A stretch of 63,288 nt of DNA, filler included. It is 5 parts of 5 records of this genome, joined end to end, with 100 filler letters (N's around TTAATTAATTAA, not from the genome) between each part and the next. Parts side by side here need not be neighbours in the genome. Positions count along the whole stretch, not along the records: positions 29,552 to 47,186 come from SRR31156797_4260; 4 more parts are not named here. One strand, given 5' to 3'. The position numbers were made by a program, and so were the translations under genes. The notes beneath the pieces are model-generated. The model was not told the DNA's origin. It saw only the letters and a list, made by a program, of their open reading frames with translations, and searched no databases. Position 1 is the stretch's first letter; the number at the start of each line of letters is the position of its first letter. Shown here piece after piece: positions 30,863 to 40,456 of this stretch.

Positions 30863-31747
30863 TCAGCTTTCGCTATTAATATTTGCCTGAGGAATATATC
30901 CGTAAAATCTAGTAAGTCCCTTACCCGTTGATATCTGAATTCTGCCTTTATACTTTTCAACAGTCTCTTTTATAATAAACAAGCCCATGCCAGTCCCTTT
31001 ATCGCCTTTTGTTGTAAAACCTGGTTCAAATATTTTCCCGAGAATTTCATCTGATATATTTCCATCGTTTTCAACTGAAAAATAGACAGATTTTATATCC
31101 TCGCGAAGACTTATGTGTATTTCACCATTATGTTCTTTAGCTGCATATATTGCATTATCTATTAAATTAGAAAGTATTCTACAAAACTCCCATCCCTCTA
31201 TCTGAAGTGAATCAAGTCGTGCTGTAATGTGAAGATGTATAGGTACATTTTCCTCGTTAGCACGTTGTTGTTTTGCTGCAAGTAGTCCGTTTACAGCAGG
31301 ATTGTTGGTCTTTAGCAATTCACCAACCTGCCTAATGTCCTCATAAATCTGAGCTATATAGTTAGCTGCTTCATCATACTCCTTTAGCTGTATTAATGAG
31401 TGAACAACCTGTAAATGATTGATAAAATCATGTCTTTGTACTCTTAATTTTGTGTTTAGGGCCTCTGTACTCTCGATGGTCTGAATCATTTCAATATATT
31501 GTGCTCTTGACTTTAGTATATTCCAAGCATTATTCATAAGAAGTCCATTGCCCAATACAATCACTGGTATCATAACCAAAATCATTGCAGCGGTTGATGT
31601 TGTACTTCCGCTAAAATAAAGTACTGCCAACACAATGCTCGCAATAATCTGCAGCCAACTTCCAATCATAACTAAAAAGGCTGTTTTCCTTGGATTTACT
31701 TTCACATTAAAAACATTTGATGCAATATTTTTTGTCTTTTCAAGCAT
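30863..31747 (-). CDS. Sensor histidine kinase (Spo0B-like/GHKL)
   Basis: RVQRHDFINHLQV, SNLIDNA, IFEPGFTTKG, GMGL. Confidence 0.9.
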   Translation of the reverse strand: MLEKTKNIASNVFNVKVNPRKTAFLVMIGSWLQIIASIVLAVLYFSGSTTSTAAMILVMIPVIVLGNGLLMNNAWNILKSRAQYIEMIQTIESTEALNTKLRVQRHDFINHLQVVHSLIQLKEYDEAANYIAQIYEDIRQVGELLKTNNPAVNGLLAAKQQRANEENVPIHLHITARLDSLQIEGWEFCRILSNLIDNAIYAAKEHNGEIHISLREDIKSVYFSVENDGNISDEILGKIFEPGFTTKGDKGTGMGLFIIKETVEKYKGRIQISTGKGLTRFYGYIPQANINSES

Positions 31748-31826
31748 AGTATCATTTTATCAAAAAAAATCTTATTTAGCAATGAGATTACTTTTTATTA
31801 TAAGTATAATATACATATATTCCTAA

Positions 31827-33041
31827 TTATTCGTAATAGGTGTCCATAAAATCCATTAATTTTGATTTATCAAAGTGTTTTTTGTGATATTGAAGTGCTT
31901 TCTCGCGCCAGTTATCTAAATCTTCATTATTCTCAATAATGTTTACTAAAGCTTTTGCAATATCCTCTGTCTCTCCATGCTTAAAGCATAATCCACAGTC
32001 AGCTTCTTTAATAAGATTGTGCGTTTCTCCCTCAGCAATAGCAATAATAGGCATTCCGCATGCTAAATAGGACTGTATTTTTGCCGGTATGGTCATATTA
32101 GATATTGAATCATTCTTTAGACTTAGATATGCAATGTCACATGCTCCCATGTAATCTGGTATATCTGTTGCAGGCTTTCTCTCTATGAAATTAAACATAT
32201 ATTCCAAATTATTTTTTGCAACATATCCTATAAGTTCTGATTTATTTCTACCGTCACCAATAATATTTATACGTATATTATTCCCATATTCCAATTTCTC
32301 TACTTGTTTACCGATATCAGCTAATATGTGCAGTTGTTGAAATTCTCCGATATTACCTGCATATACAAGGTTGAGTTTATCATCAATTGGTATTTCTTTA
32401 ACATTAATTTCTGATTTACTTTTGGGTTTATAAAAGTCCTCTGCATACTGAGGCCAAAATTCAATTTTTTCTTCTGGTACTCCCCTATTCATTATAGCTT
32501 TTACAAAGCTATTGGAGGTAACAAAAATTTTATCACAGTGTTTATAAATGAAATCCACCATTTTACCGATTGAATTGAGAATAAATTTATTTGAAACCCC
32601 AGTCATAAGCTGTACATTCTCAGGCCATAAATCCTGAACATACAGATAACAAGGGATATTCTTCCTTTTTTTATACCATACTCCAAGCAGTGCCTGAGAC
32701 ATGGGTGATACTTCAAACATAAATATATAGTCTGTTTTAATATTCGTAAAGAGTTTCCAGAAAAAACCTGACACTACAAATGAAAGATAATTAAGTGAAA
32801 GCATAATTGAACTACTGCCTCTAGGAATTATTGGCAGTCTTACTATTTTCATGCCATTGTATTCTTCATTTCTCTTTTTGAAGAGTCCATAACCATCAAA
32901 GAATTTTCCAATCGGATAGTTTGGAATTCCTGTTACAACTACTACTTCATATCCTCTTTTTACCCATTCAGATGCAATGTCATTTATTCTAAACTGTTCA
33001 GGATAAAAATACTGCGAAATAACCAGTATACGTTTCTTCAC
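31827..33041 (-). CDS. GT4 glycosyltransferase
   Basis: SQYFYPE, VQDLWPE, YAGNIG, PAKIQSYLACGMPI. Confidence 0.9.
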   Translation of the reverse strand: MKKRILVISQYFYPEQFRINDIASEWVKRGYEVVVVTGIPNYPIGKFFDGYGLFKKRNEEYNGMKIVRLPIIPRGSSSIMLSLNYLSFVVSGFFWKLFTNIKTDYIFMFEVSPMSQALLGVWYKKRKNIPCYLYVQDLWPENVQLMTGVSNKFILNSIGKMVDFIYKHCDKIFVTSNSFVKAIMNRGVPEEKIEFWPQYAEDFYKPKSKSEINVKEIPIDDKLNLVYAGNIGEFQQLHILADIGKQVEKLEYGNNIRINIIGDGRNKSELIGYVAKNNLEYMFNFIERKPATDIPDYMGACDIAYLSLKNDSISNMTIPAKIQSYLACGMPIIAIAEGETHNLIKEADCGLCFKHGETEDIAKALVNIIENNEDLDNWREKALQYHKKHFDKSKLMDFMDTYYE

Positions 33042-33916
33042 TGCTTATCCTCGCAATCAGCGGTAACACTTAGTTTAATTGATTCTTCCAGACTTCTTAT
33101 TTGATAATTGTATTTATATTCACTTAAATCTTTATCATACATTAGATTACCAAAGACTTTTTTAAGTATATTTACTCTTTCTATTAATAATTTGATAGCC
33201 CAATTGAATACTTTGGTGAGCTTAATATCTTTTCCGGATTCTCTACTGATTAATTTGACTAGATAGCTGGTATTTACATACTCTGCATTTTGTGGATAAA
33301 AGATTCCGCTGTCATTATTATCAATAACAAGTTTAATAAATTCACAAAGATTATCTACATGCAGCATTGATCTTTTATTATCGTAATCAGGGAAAAAAGG
33401 CATTTTCTCAGCAAATCTCACTAAACGAGGAAAATTGCCCTTTGAATTATTACCATATATCATGGGCGGACGTAATATCGCAATTTTAAACGAATCATCT
33501 TCTAATCCCAGAATCCCATATTCTGCCATGATTTTACTGTTGCCATAGAAATTATCACATTTGGGAATTGTATTGCAAGTTATTAAGCCATTCTCCATAT
33601 TACTATTGGTATATATAATAATACTGCTCATGAATATAAACAGACCAACTCCAGCTTCTTTTGCTTTCTTTGCTGTAGATACAGTTAAATCCCGGTTAAT
33701 TTTGTAATACAAGTCTTTCTCTTTTAAATCAGAAGATACGTGAGCGATACCCGCTACATGAAAAACCACATCATAATTTAAGAAGTCAAAATCTTCCCAT
33801 TTTTCATCCTTCATATCCAAAGTATCTACTTTATACTTTGGTTCATACCCGCATATATGATTTTCAAAGCTAGTACCTATATAGCTGTTAGCTCCTGTTA
33901 TCAATATTTTCTTCAT
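33038..33916 (-). CDS. NAD-dependent epimerase/dehydratase
   Basis: ITGANSYIG, HVAGIAH, YGNSK, RPPMIYG. Confidence 0.9.
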   Translation of the reverse strand: MKKILITGANSYIGTSFENHICGYEPKYKVDTLDMKDEKWEDFDFLNYDVVFHVAGIAHVSSDLKEKDLYYKINRDLTVSTAKKAKEAGVGLFIFMSSIIIYTNSNMENGLITCNTIPKCDNFYGNSKIMAEYGILGLEDDSFKIAILRPPMIYGNNSKGNFPRLVRFAEKMPFFPDYDNKRSMLHVDNLCEFIKLVIDNNDSGIFYPQNAEYVNTSYLVKLISRESGKDIKLTKVFNWAIKLLIERVNILKKVFGNLMYDKDLSEYKYNYQIRSLEESIKLSVTADCEDKQ

Positions 33917-34789
33917 TTATTTCTCCGCAAAATTTGTATTTTTGCTTTTATTTCCTTTATCGCTAAATCCCATAGTAATTGCATTATGAGGGCAAATATC
34001 TACACAATCACCGCACCTTATACATTCTGCACTATTAGGATTATTCATTGCATCTACATGCATCTTGCATACATTGGTACATGCTCTGCATCTTGTGCAC
34101 TTATCAGCATCAATGCTAATATTATAAAACGAATACTTATTAAATAATGAGTATATTGCACCTAATGGACACAAGTACTTACAGAATACTCTATAGATAA
34201 GTATTGAAAACAATATTATACCAATTAATAAGAATAATTTCCACAAAAACAATGAACCTACTAAATTTCGTAAGCTTTCGTTGCCAATAAGCAACGGAAT
34301 ACCACCCTCTAATGTACCAGCTGGACATATATATTTACAAAAATAAGGTGCTCTTACACCATATTTGTCTACAAGCATCATTGGCAGTAGTATCACAAAT
34401 ACTACAAGTACTACATACTTTAAGTATTTTAGCACATTATGTATTTTTTTATTAGTCTTAATTTTCCTAATTGGTATTTTATAAAGCAATTCTTGTATAA
34501 ATCCGAAAGGACACAAGAAGCCACATACCATTCTGCCAAAAGCAATAGAAAAAGCTAATAGCATACCCGAAACATAGAGGGAAAACTTAAATTCCCTATT
34601 GTTTAGCACTCCCTGTAAAGACCCAACAGGACATGCCCCAAGAGCACCAGGACAGGAATAACAGTTGAGTCCGGGTATACATACTGACTTAGTTTTGCCT
34701 TGATAAATTGTTGAAGTAAGAAAGCCTTGAATATATACATTTGATGTAATTGTAACAATAAGCTGTATAATCCATCTTTTTATTCTCAT
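33917..34789 (-). CDS. 4Fe-4S binding membrane protein
   Basis: PGLNCYSCPGA, CGFLCPFG, CKYICPAG, two CxxCxxCxxxC motifs; ATG 34789 coupled to upstream stop. Confidence 0.9.
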   Translation of the reverse strand: MRIKRWIIQLIVTITSNVYIQGFLTSTIYQGKTKSVCIPGLNCYSCPGALGACPVGSLQGVLNNREFKFSLYVSGMLLAFSIAFGRMVCGFLCPFGFIQELLYKIPIRKIKTNKKIHNVLKYLKYVVLVVFVILLPMMLVDKYGVRAPYFCKYICPAGTLEGGIPLLIGNESLRNLVGSLFLWKLFLLIGIILFSILIYRVFCKYLCPLGAIYSLFNKYSFYNISIDADKCTRCRACTNVCKMHVDAMNNPNSAECIRCGDCVDICPHNAITMGFSDKGNKSKNTNFAEK

Positions 34790-34923
34790 CAGCCGACTCC
34801 AATACACTCCAGACAGATTCTAGTTGCCTTATTAATTACTACTTCTATTTCTCCAACATATATCCCGGCTATTATCATAATGATAGCAATAGTTAGAATA
34901 ATATATTTAATATATGATTTCAT
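34789..34923 (-). CDS. CD1871A-family small CXXC membrane protein (44 aa)
   Basis: MKSYIKYIILTIAIIMIIAGIYVGEIEVVINKATRICLECIGVG*; TGATG overlap with the 4Fe-4S gene. Confidence 0.85.
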   Translation of the reverse strand: MKSYIKYIILTIAIIMIIAGIYVGEIEVVINKATRICLECIGVG

Positions 34924-35163
34924 TTTATACCGCCCAAAGAAATTCTTTATAATTATAGCACTTTATCATAATCGATACAATTTATTTGAATGTGGTTTTA
35001 TTCTTTTAGTACAAAAATTTACAATAATTAATGATAAAACAATAATAGCTGCTATTTATGTACAAAATGTATCAAAATCGTTCATATTGCATAACAATGA
35101 TTATTGATATAAATAATAACATATGATATACTTTATCAAATTATACTTTATGTGAAAGGTACT

Positions 35164-36246
35164 ATGATGAAATCACAATACAGAGTTGGTATTATTGGAG
35201 CGACAGGCATGGTGGGACAAAGATTTGTAACACTGCTGCAGAATCATCCTTTCTTTAGCATTACTTTGCTGGCTGCAAGCAAAAGATCAGCAGGTAAGAA
35301 ATATTCAGACGTCATGGCTGACAGATGGATTATGGCTGAAAATTATAAAAAAAATATTGGCGAAATGATAGTTTATGACGCTGAAGACATAGAAGAAATC
35401 AGCAAACATGTTGATTTAGTTTTCTGTGCAATATCTCTTGATAAAAAGGCTACTAAAGATTTGGAAGAACGTTATGCTAAAGCAGAAATACCTGTTGTTT
35501 CAAATAATAGTGCAAACAGGGGAATAAATGATGTACCAATGTTAATTCCAGAAATTAATGATGCCCATCTTGAAATAATTGAGACTCAAAAGAAGCGGTT
35601 AGGAACAAAGCGTGGTTTCATCACTGTTAAACCAAACTGTTCTATACAATCTTATGTTCCTGTTTTAGAGCCATTAAAGGAATTCGGCATAAAGCGAGTA
35701 TTAGTATGTACATATCAGGCAATATCTGGTGCAGGAAAGAACTTTGATACATGGCCTGAAATGGTAGACAATGTAATTCCATACATAGGCGGCGAAGAGG
35801 AAAAAAGTGAAAATGAACCTCTTAAAATATGGGGTGAAGTAGTAGATGGTGTTGTAATAAATGCTGAATCACCTTCTATCACATCTCAATGCATAAGAGT
35901 ACCAGCCATTGATGGTCACTTAGCAGCATGCTTCGTAGATTTTGAAAAAAAGCCTACTATGGATGAAATGAAAAAGAAATGGTCAGAATTTAAGGGAGAA
36001 CCTCAAAATCTTGACCTGCCAAACGCTCCAAAACAGTTTATAACCTACTTTGAAGAACCTGACAGACCACAAACACGTCTTGACAGAAACCTGGAAAAAG
36101 GTATGGGTATATCTGTTGGGAGGCTTCGCCCTGATAAGCAGTATGATTACAAATTTGTTGCACTTAGCCATAATACCCTGCGAGGTGCAGCAGGCGGTGC
36201 AGTGCTAATGGCTGAATTATTAGCTGCAAAGGGATATTTAGACTAG
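35164..36246 (+). CDS. asd: Aspartate-semialdehyde dehydrogenase
   Basis: IIGATGMVGQRF, KPNCS, TYQAISGAG, SHNTLRGAAGG. Confidence 0.95.
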   Translation: MMKSQYRVGIIGATGMVGQRFVTLLQNHPFFSITLLAASKRSAGKKYSDVMADRWIMAENYKKNIGEMIVYDAEDIEEISKHVDLVFCAISLDKKATKDLEERYAKAEIPVVSNNSANRGINDVPMLIPEINDAHLEIIETQKKRLGTKRGFITVKPNCSIQSYVPVLEPLKEFGIKRVLVCTYQAISGAGKNFDTWPEMVDNVIPYIGGEEEKSENEPLKIWGEVVDGVVINAESPSITSQCIRVPAIDGHLAACFVDFEKKPTMDEMKKKWSEFKGEPQNLDLPNAPKQFITYFEEPDRPQTRLDRNLEKGMGISVGRLRPDKQYDYKFVALSHNTLRGAAGGAVLMAELLAAKGYLD

Positions 36247-36253
36247 ACCTTAA

Positions 36254-36329
36254 GCCAATGTAGCTCAGTCGGCAGAGCAGCAGTTTCGTAAACTGCAGGT
36301 CAGGGGTTCAATTCCCCTCATTGGCTCCA
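36254..36329 (+). tRNA. tRNA-Thr(CGT)
   Basis: 76 nt cloverleaf; acceptor GCCAATG/CATTGGC; anticodon arm GCAGT-TTCGTAA-ACTGC; GGTTCAATT T-loop; CCA end. Confidence 0.95.
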
Positions 36330-36336
36330 AAATAAT

Positions 36337-36816
36337 ATGATTGATTCAAAGCATATATATTATATTAATGAGACTATAAAGCTTGCCAAAAATGCAGCAA
36401 GCCATCTTGATGTGCCTGTAGGTGCATTAGTAGTTAAAGACCATATAATAATTGGACGGGGTGAAAACAGAAGGATTATTGATAACGACGCATCAGCCCA
36501 TGCAGAGATAGTCGCAATACGTGAAGCCTGCCAAACAGTTAATAGCTGGAATCTATCAGGTTCTAGCATATATGTCAGCCTTGAGCCATGTGCTATGTGT
36601 GCAGGTGCAATTGTTAATTCCCGAATCACCAGCCTATACTTCGGTGCTTATGACGGATCAAATGGATGCTGCGGCAGTGTATATAACATAGTAAAGGATG
36701 ATAGGCTAAATCATAAAGTAAATGTATATGGCGGTTTGCTCCATGAAGAATGTGCTGAAATATTGAAGAACTTCTTTCGAGACAAGCGTGATACAATAAA
36801 TAAAAAGATATATTAA
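36337..36816 (+). CDS. tadA: tRNA adenosine(34) deaminase
   Basis: VPVGA, HAE, EPCAMCAGA. Confidence 0.88.
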   Translation: MIDSKHIYYINETIKLAKNAASHLDVPVGALVVKDHIIIGRGENRRIIDNDASAHAEIVAIREACQTVNSWNLSGSSIYVSLEPCAMCAGAIVNSRITSLYFGAYDGSNGCCGSVYNIVKDDRLNHKVNVYGGLLHEECAEILKNFFRDKRDTINKKIY

Positions 36817-36825
36817 GGAGATGCT

Positions 36826-38193
36826 ATGAATAAGGTACTAGATAAATCAATCACAAAATTTCTTGAGGCTAATAAAGATAAATTTATCGCAGATATACGT
36901 GGATTATTACAGTTCAATTCTGTAAAAGGTGAAAAAAAAGGAGACATGCTCTTTGGTGAAGAGAATGGTAAATGTCTTGACTTTATGATGAATTTATGCG
37001 AAAGCTATGGATTTGTCACAATGAATTATGATTACTATTGCATGGATGCAATATTTGGCAAAGGGGAGAAATCAATTGGTTCCTTATCCCATCTGGATAT
37101 AGTGCCTGCTGGTGAAGGTTGGCAGCATAACCCTTTCGCAGGTGAAATCGTTGATAATGTAATGTATGGACGTGGAGTAATTGACGACAAAGGACCTTCA
37201 ATAGCTGCACTTTACGGATTATTAGCCCTTATGGATTATGGGTTCACTCCTAAGAAGACTATTAAATTGATTTTTGGCTGTGATGAAGAAACAGGTATGG
37301 GAGATATCGAGTATTATTTAAGTAAGGCAGACGCTCCTGATTTAGCATTTTCCCCAGATGCTGATTTTCCTGTGGTATATGCTGAGAAAAATATCTTTCA
37401 AGGGGAATACGAATGCAAGCTACTAGGCAAAACTAATATCATTAGCTTAGATGGCGGTACAGCAGTTAATGCTGTTCCAAGCAATGCTTCTGCTACAATA
37501 AGTTATGATAAGAAACCCGAAGATACTGAAAATATTAAGTATTCATTTAAAAACGGTGAGCTAACAATCAAAGCAAAAGGTATAACCACTCACGCATCTA
37601 CGCCGCAAGAAGGGGACAATGCAATTATTAAACTTATTAAAGCAATACTGCCTCTCCTATCTGACGATGATACTGCAAAGAAATCTCTTCATACATTACT
37701 TGATACATTAACTGATATTAATGGTAAAGGTCTTGACATATACTGCGAAGATGAACCTACTGGCAAATCTACACTCAATTTTGGTATTATTTCTTTCGAT
37801 AACAATACCATTAAAATATCAATTGATGTACGCCATCCTGTGACATGTGATACAGAAATACTTTTAAAAAAGCTGAACACTGGAATACCTGAATTCAGTA
37901 AAACTTCTGATCATTTCTTAGAGGGATTATATAAGCCTAAGGATAGTCAATTGGTCTCTACCCTACAAAGCGTATACCATGATATAACAGGTGACTATGA
38001 TGCAGAGCCTGTATCTATGGGTGGCGGTACATATGCTAGGACTCTGCCAAATGCAGTAGCTTTTGGACCTCATTTTCCTGGTGGTAACGCAGGAGGAGCA
38101 CACATTGTTGATGAGCACTGCGATATTGATGAACTACTAAAAGCAGCTAGAATCTATGCACATTGTTTCTATGAATTGGCAAAGGATGAGTAA
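36826..38193 (+). CDS. M20 family PepV/Sapep-like dipeptidase
   Basis: SHLDIVP, GRGVIDDKGP, GCDEETG, GGGTYAR, AHIVDE. Confidence 0.9.
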   Translation: MNKVLDKSITKFLEANKDKFIADIRGLLQFNSVKGEKKGDMLFGEENGKCLDFMMNLCESYGFVTMNYDYYCMDAIFGKGEKSIGSLSHLDIVPAGEGWQHNPFAGEIVDNVMYGRGVIDDKGPSIAALYGLLALMDYGFTPKKTIKLIFGCDEETGMGDIEYYLSKADAPDLAFSPDADFPVVYAEKNIFQGEYECKLLGKTNIISLDGGTAVNAVPSNASATISYDKKPEDTENIKYSFKNGELTIKAKGITTHASTPQEGDNAIIKLIKAILPLLSDDDTAKKSLHTLLDTLTDINGKGLDIYCEDEPTGKSTLNFGIISFDNNTIKISIDVRHPVTCDTEILLKKLNTGIPEFSKTSDHFLEGLYKPKDSQLVSTLQSVYHDITGDYDAEPVSMGGGTYARTLPNAVAFGPHFPGGNAGGAHIVDEHCDIDELLKAARIYAHCFYELAKDE

Positions 38194-38199
38194 TCTCTT

Positions 38200-39279
38200 A
38201 TGTTTAAACCACATATATATACAGAACCAAATTTTAATGAGATAACAAATTCTAAAGAAGCACAATACGCTTTAGCTCCAGAAGACGGTGTAGCCCCAGA
38301 TAATTTTCACGCTACAAGTATTTATCCTGAGTACTACTTAATTAACGGTAACTGGATTCTCCCAGAAAAAGCAAGAATGGACTGCGTACCTGTGCTTGTA
38401 GACAATAATAAAATTCGTATTGTTGAATTCCGCAACCTGAAAAAGAATGATAAAGTAATTTTAGGCAGAACTGAAGATGGCAGTGAAGGAATATATCTCC
38501 ATGATAAAGGTTTTGTAAGTGGCTCAAATGATAAGGATGTTTTTGGTTTCCGTCAAAGCCGCTCCAGAGAGACTGCATATTCAAAGGATTATGATGAGCT
38601 TTATAAGCTGCTGAATTATGAAAAAGATTCGGGTAGTGTTGTCTGGGTACTAGGTCCTGCTGTAGCATTTGACTACGATTCAAGAAATGCTTTTGTACAT
38701 CTGATAAATAATGGATATGTTAATGCGGTACTTGCAGGTAATGCACTTGCAACTCACGATTTAGAGGGTGACTTGTTCAGGACAGCTCTTGGTCAGGATA
38801 TTTACACACAGCAATACATGAAAAACGGACATTATAACCATTTGGAGTTAATAAATAATGTTCGCAAAGCAGGCTCAATAAAGAAATACTGTGAAAACAC
38901 ATCATCAGGTATAATTGATTCATGTGTAAAAAAGAATGTTCCCTTTGTACTAGCTGGCTCAATAAGGGATGATGGTCCTCTGCCGGAAGTCTATGGCAAT
39001 TGTTACGAAGCACAGGATGCCATGAGAAAAGTATTAAAGAATGCAACTACTGTGATCTGTCTTGCAACACAGCTTCACACAATTGCAAGCGGTAATATGA
39101 CTCCTTCATACACTGTTGTAGATGGTCAGGTCCGCCCAGTTTATATCTATAGTATTGATGTAGCAGAATTTGCAGTAAATAAGTTAAAGGACAGAGGTTC
39201 ACTATCAGTTACAACCATAGTAACAAATGTACAGGATTTTTTAAGCCATCTAGTAAAAGAACTTATTGGGAATTATTAA
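38200..39279 (+). CDS. LOR/SDH-conserved-domain protein (ArgZ/AgrE C-terminal-like, possible ornithine cyclodeaminase)
   Basis: APEDGVAPDNFHATS, AGNALATHDLE, LAGSIRDDGPLP, KLKDRGS. Confidence 0.7.
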   Translation: MFKPHIYTEPNFNEITNSKEAQYALAPEDGVAPDNFHATSIYPEYYLINGNWILPEKARMDCVPVLVDNNKIRIVEFRNLKKNDKVILGRTEDGSEGIYLHDKGFVSGSNDKDVFGFRQSRSRETAYSKDYDELYKLLNYEKDSGSVVWVLGPAVAFDYDSRNAFVHLINNGYVNAVLAGNALATHDLEGDLFRTALGQDIYTQQYMKNGHYNHLELINNVRKAGSIKKYCENTSSGIIDSCVKKNVPFVLAGSIRDDGPLPEVYGNCYEAQDAMRKVLKNATTVICLATQLHTIASGNMTPSYTVVDGQVRPVYIYSIDVAEFAVNKLKDRGSLSVTTIVTNVQDFLSHLVKELIGNY

Positions 39280-39291
39280 TCCACGCTATTT

Positions 39292-39322
39292 AAGCTGGTA
39301 ACAAAAGTTACTGGCTTTTTTT
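39292..39322 (+). terminator. Intrinsic terminator
   Basis: AAGCTGGTAAC-AAAA-GTTACTGGCTT plus T-run. Confidence 0.7.
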
Positions 39323-39358
39323 ATACACATTTTATTTGCACTATTACATTTAAGTTTA

Positions 39359-39406
39359 TTGACAAAAATAACAGCAATGTTATAATTGTAGAGTGCTCGT
39401 GCACGA
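39359..39406 (+). promoter_or_regulatory. SigA promoter with candidate LacI-type operator
   Basis: TTGACA-16nt-TATAAT with extended TG; GTGCTCGTGCACGA near-palindrome just downstream. Confidence 0.75.
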
Positions 39407-39421
39407 ATAATAGGAGTAATA

Positions 39422-40444
39422 ATGTCAATTACTATAAAAGAAATCGCTACTTTAGCCGGAGTTTCCAGAGGAACCGTTGACAGAGCATTAAACGGTCGAG
39501 GAGGAGTAAGCAAAGAAGTAGAAAAGCGCATATTAGAAATTGCCGAGACAAAGGGTTATAAGCCTAACTTAGCTGCGAAATCATTGGCTTTAAAGTCACA
39601 GAAGTTAACTATCGGTGTAATAATGTATTCAATTGGTAATGAATTCTTTGACGATGTCTTAGACGGAATTTACACTGCAGCAAATGAGATAAAGGAATTT
39701 GCTGTAAATGTAATTATCAAGGAACTGGAAGGCTATAAAATAGAGGAACAAATATCAGCAATTGATGAATTCTTAAACATGGGAGTCAACGCAATAGCTA
39801 TCACTCCACTTAATGCTAAAGTACTAAGAGACAAATTAGATTCAATAAAAAATATACCTATAATTGCACTCAACGTAAATATAGAAGGTAAGCATAATAT
39901 TGATTATATTGGATGCGATTATTACAAATCTGGTCAGACTGCAGGTGCAATGATGGGATTATATGCAAAAGGTAAAGGCAATATTCTCGTTGTAACAGGT
40001 AATAAAAATGTATATGGTCACGCCAGAAGGACTAAAGGTTTTGTTGATGTTATTACAAATGAAAACAAAAATATAAATATAGTAGATATAGTTGAGAATT
40101 TTGATAGTAATGAAATTGCTTACGATTTAATTAAAAATTTATTAAAAATACATCCCGAAATTGATGGAATATTCTTTGGAGCCGGCGGTGCAGATGGTGG
40201 TATAAATGCTATACTTGAAGCTAATCTTGACCAGAAACTAACTATCATAGCAAATGATGTTACAAAGACACGTATTGAGTTCTTAAAGCAAGATGTAATA
40301 AATGCAATTATATGCCAACAGCCGTTTGAACAAGGATATAACACTATAAAGAGGTTATTTGACTGTATCATGAACAATGAAACGACTAGTGGAGAAAAAA
40401 TCTATACTATTATTGGAATCAAATTAAAGTACAATTTTGATTAG
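39422..40444 (+). CDS. LacI family transcriptional regulator
   Basis: ITIKEIATLAGVSRGTVDRALN HTH plus periplasmic-binding fold. Confidence 0.93.
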   Translation: MSITIKEIATLAGVSRGTVDRALNGRGGVSKEVEKRILEIAETKGYKPNLAAKSLALKSQKLTIGVIMYSIGNEFFDDVLDGIYTAANEIKEFAVNVIIKELEGYKIEEQISAIDEFLNMGVNAIAITPLNAKVLRDKLDSIKNIPIIALNVNIEGKHNIDYIGCDYYKSGQTAGAMMGLYAKGKGNILVVTGNKNVYGHARRTKGFVDVITNENKNINIVDIVENFDSNEIAYDLIKNLLKIHPEIDGIFFGAGGADGGINAILEANLDQKLTIIANDVTKTRIEFLKQDVINAIICQQPFEQGYNTIKRLFDCIMNNETTSGEKIYTIIGIKLKYNFD

Positions 40445-40456
40445 GAGGAGTTATCT

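Noticed and set aside
34880-35107. 75-aa plus-strand ORF
   Set aside because: AT-rich divergent promoter region that also overlaps the CD1871A-family gene on the other strand.
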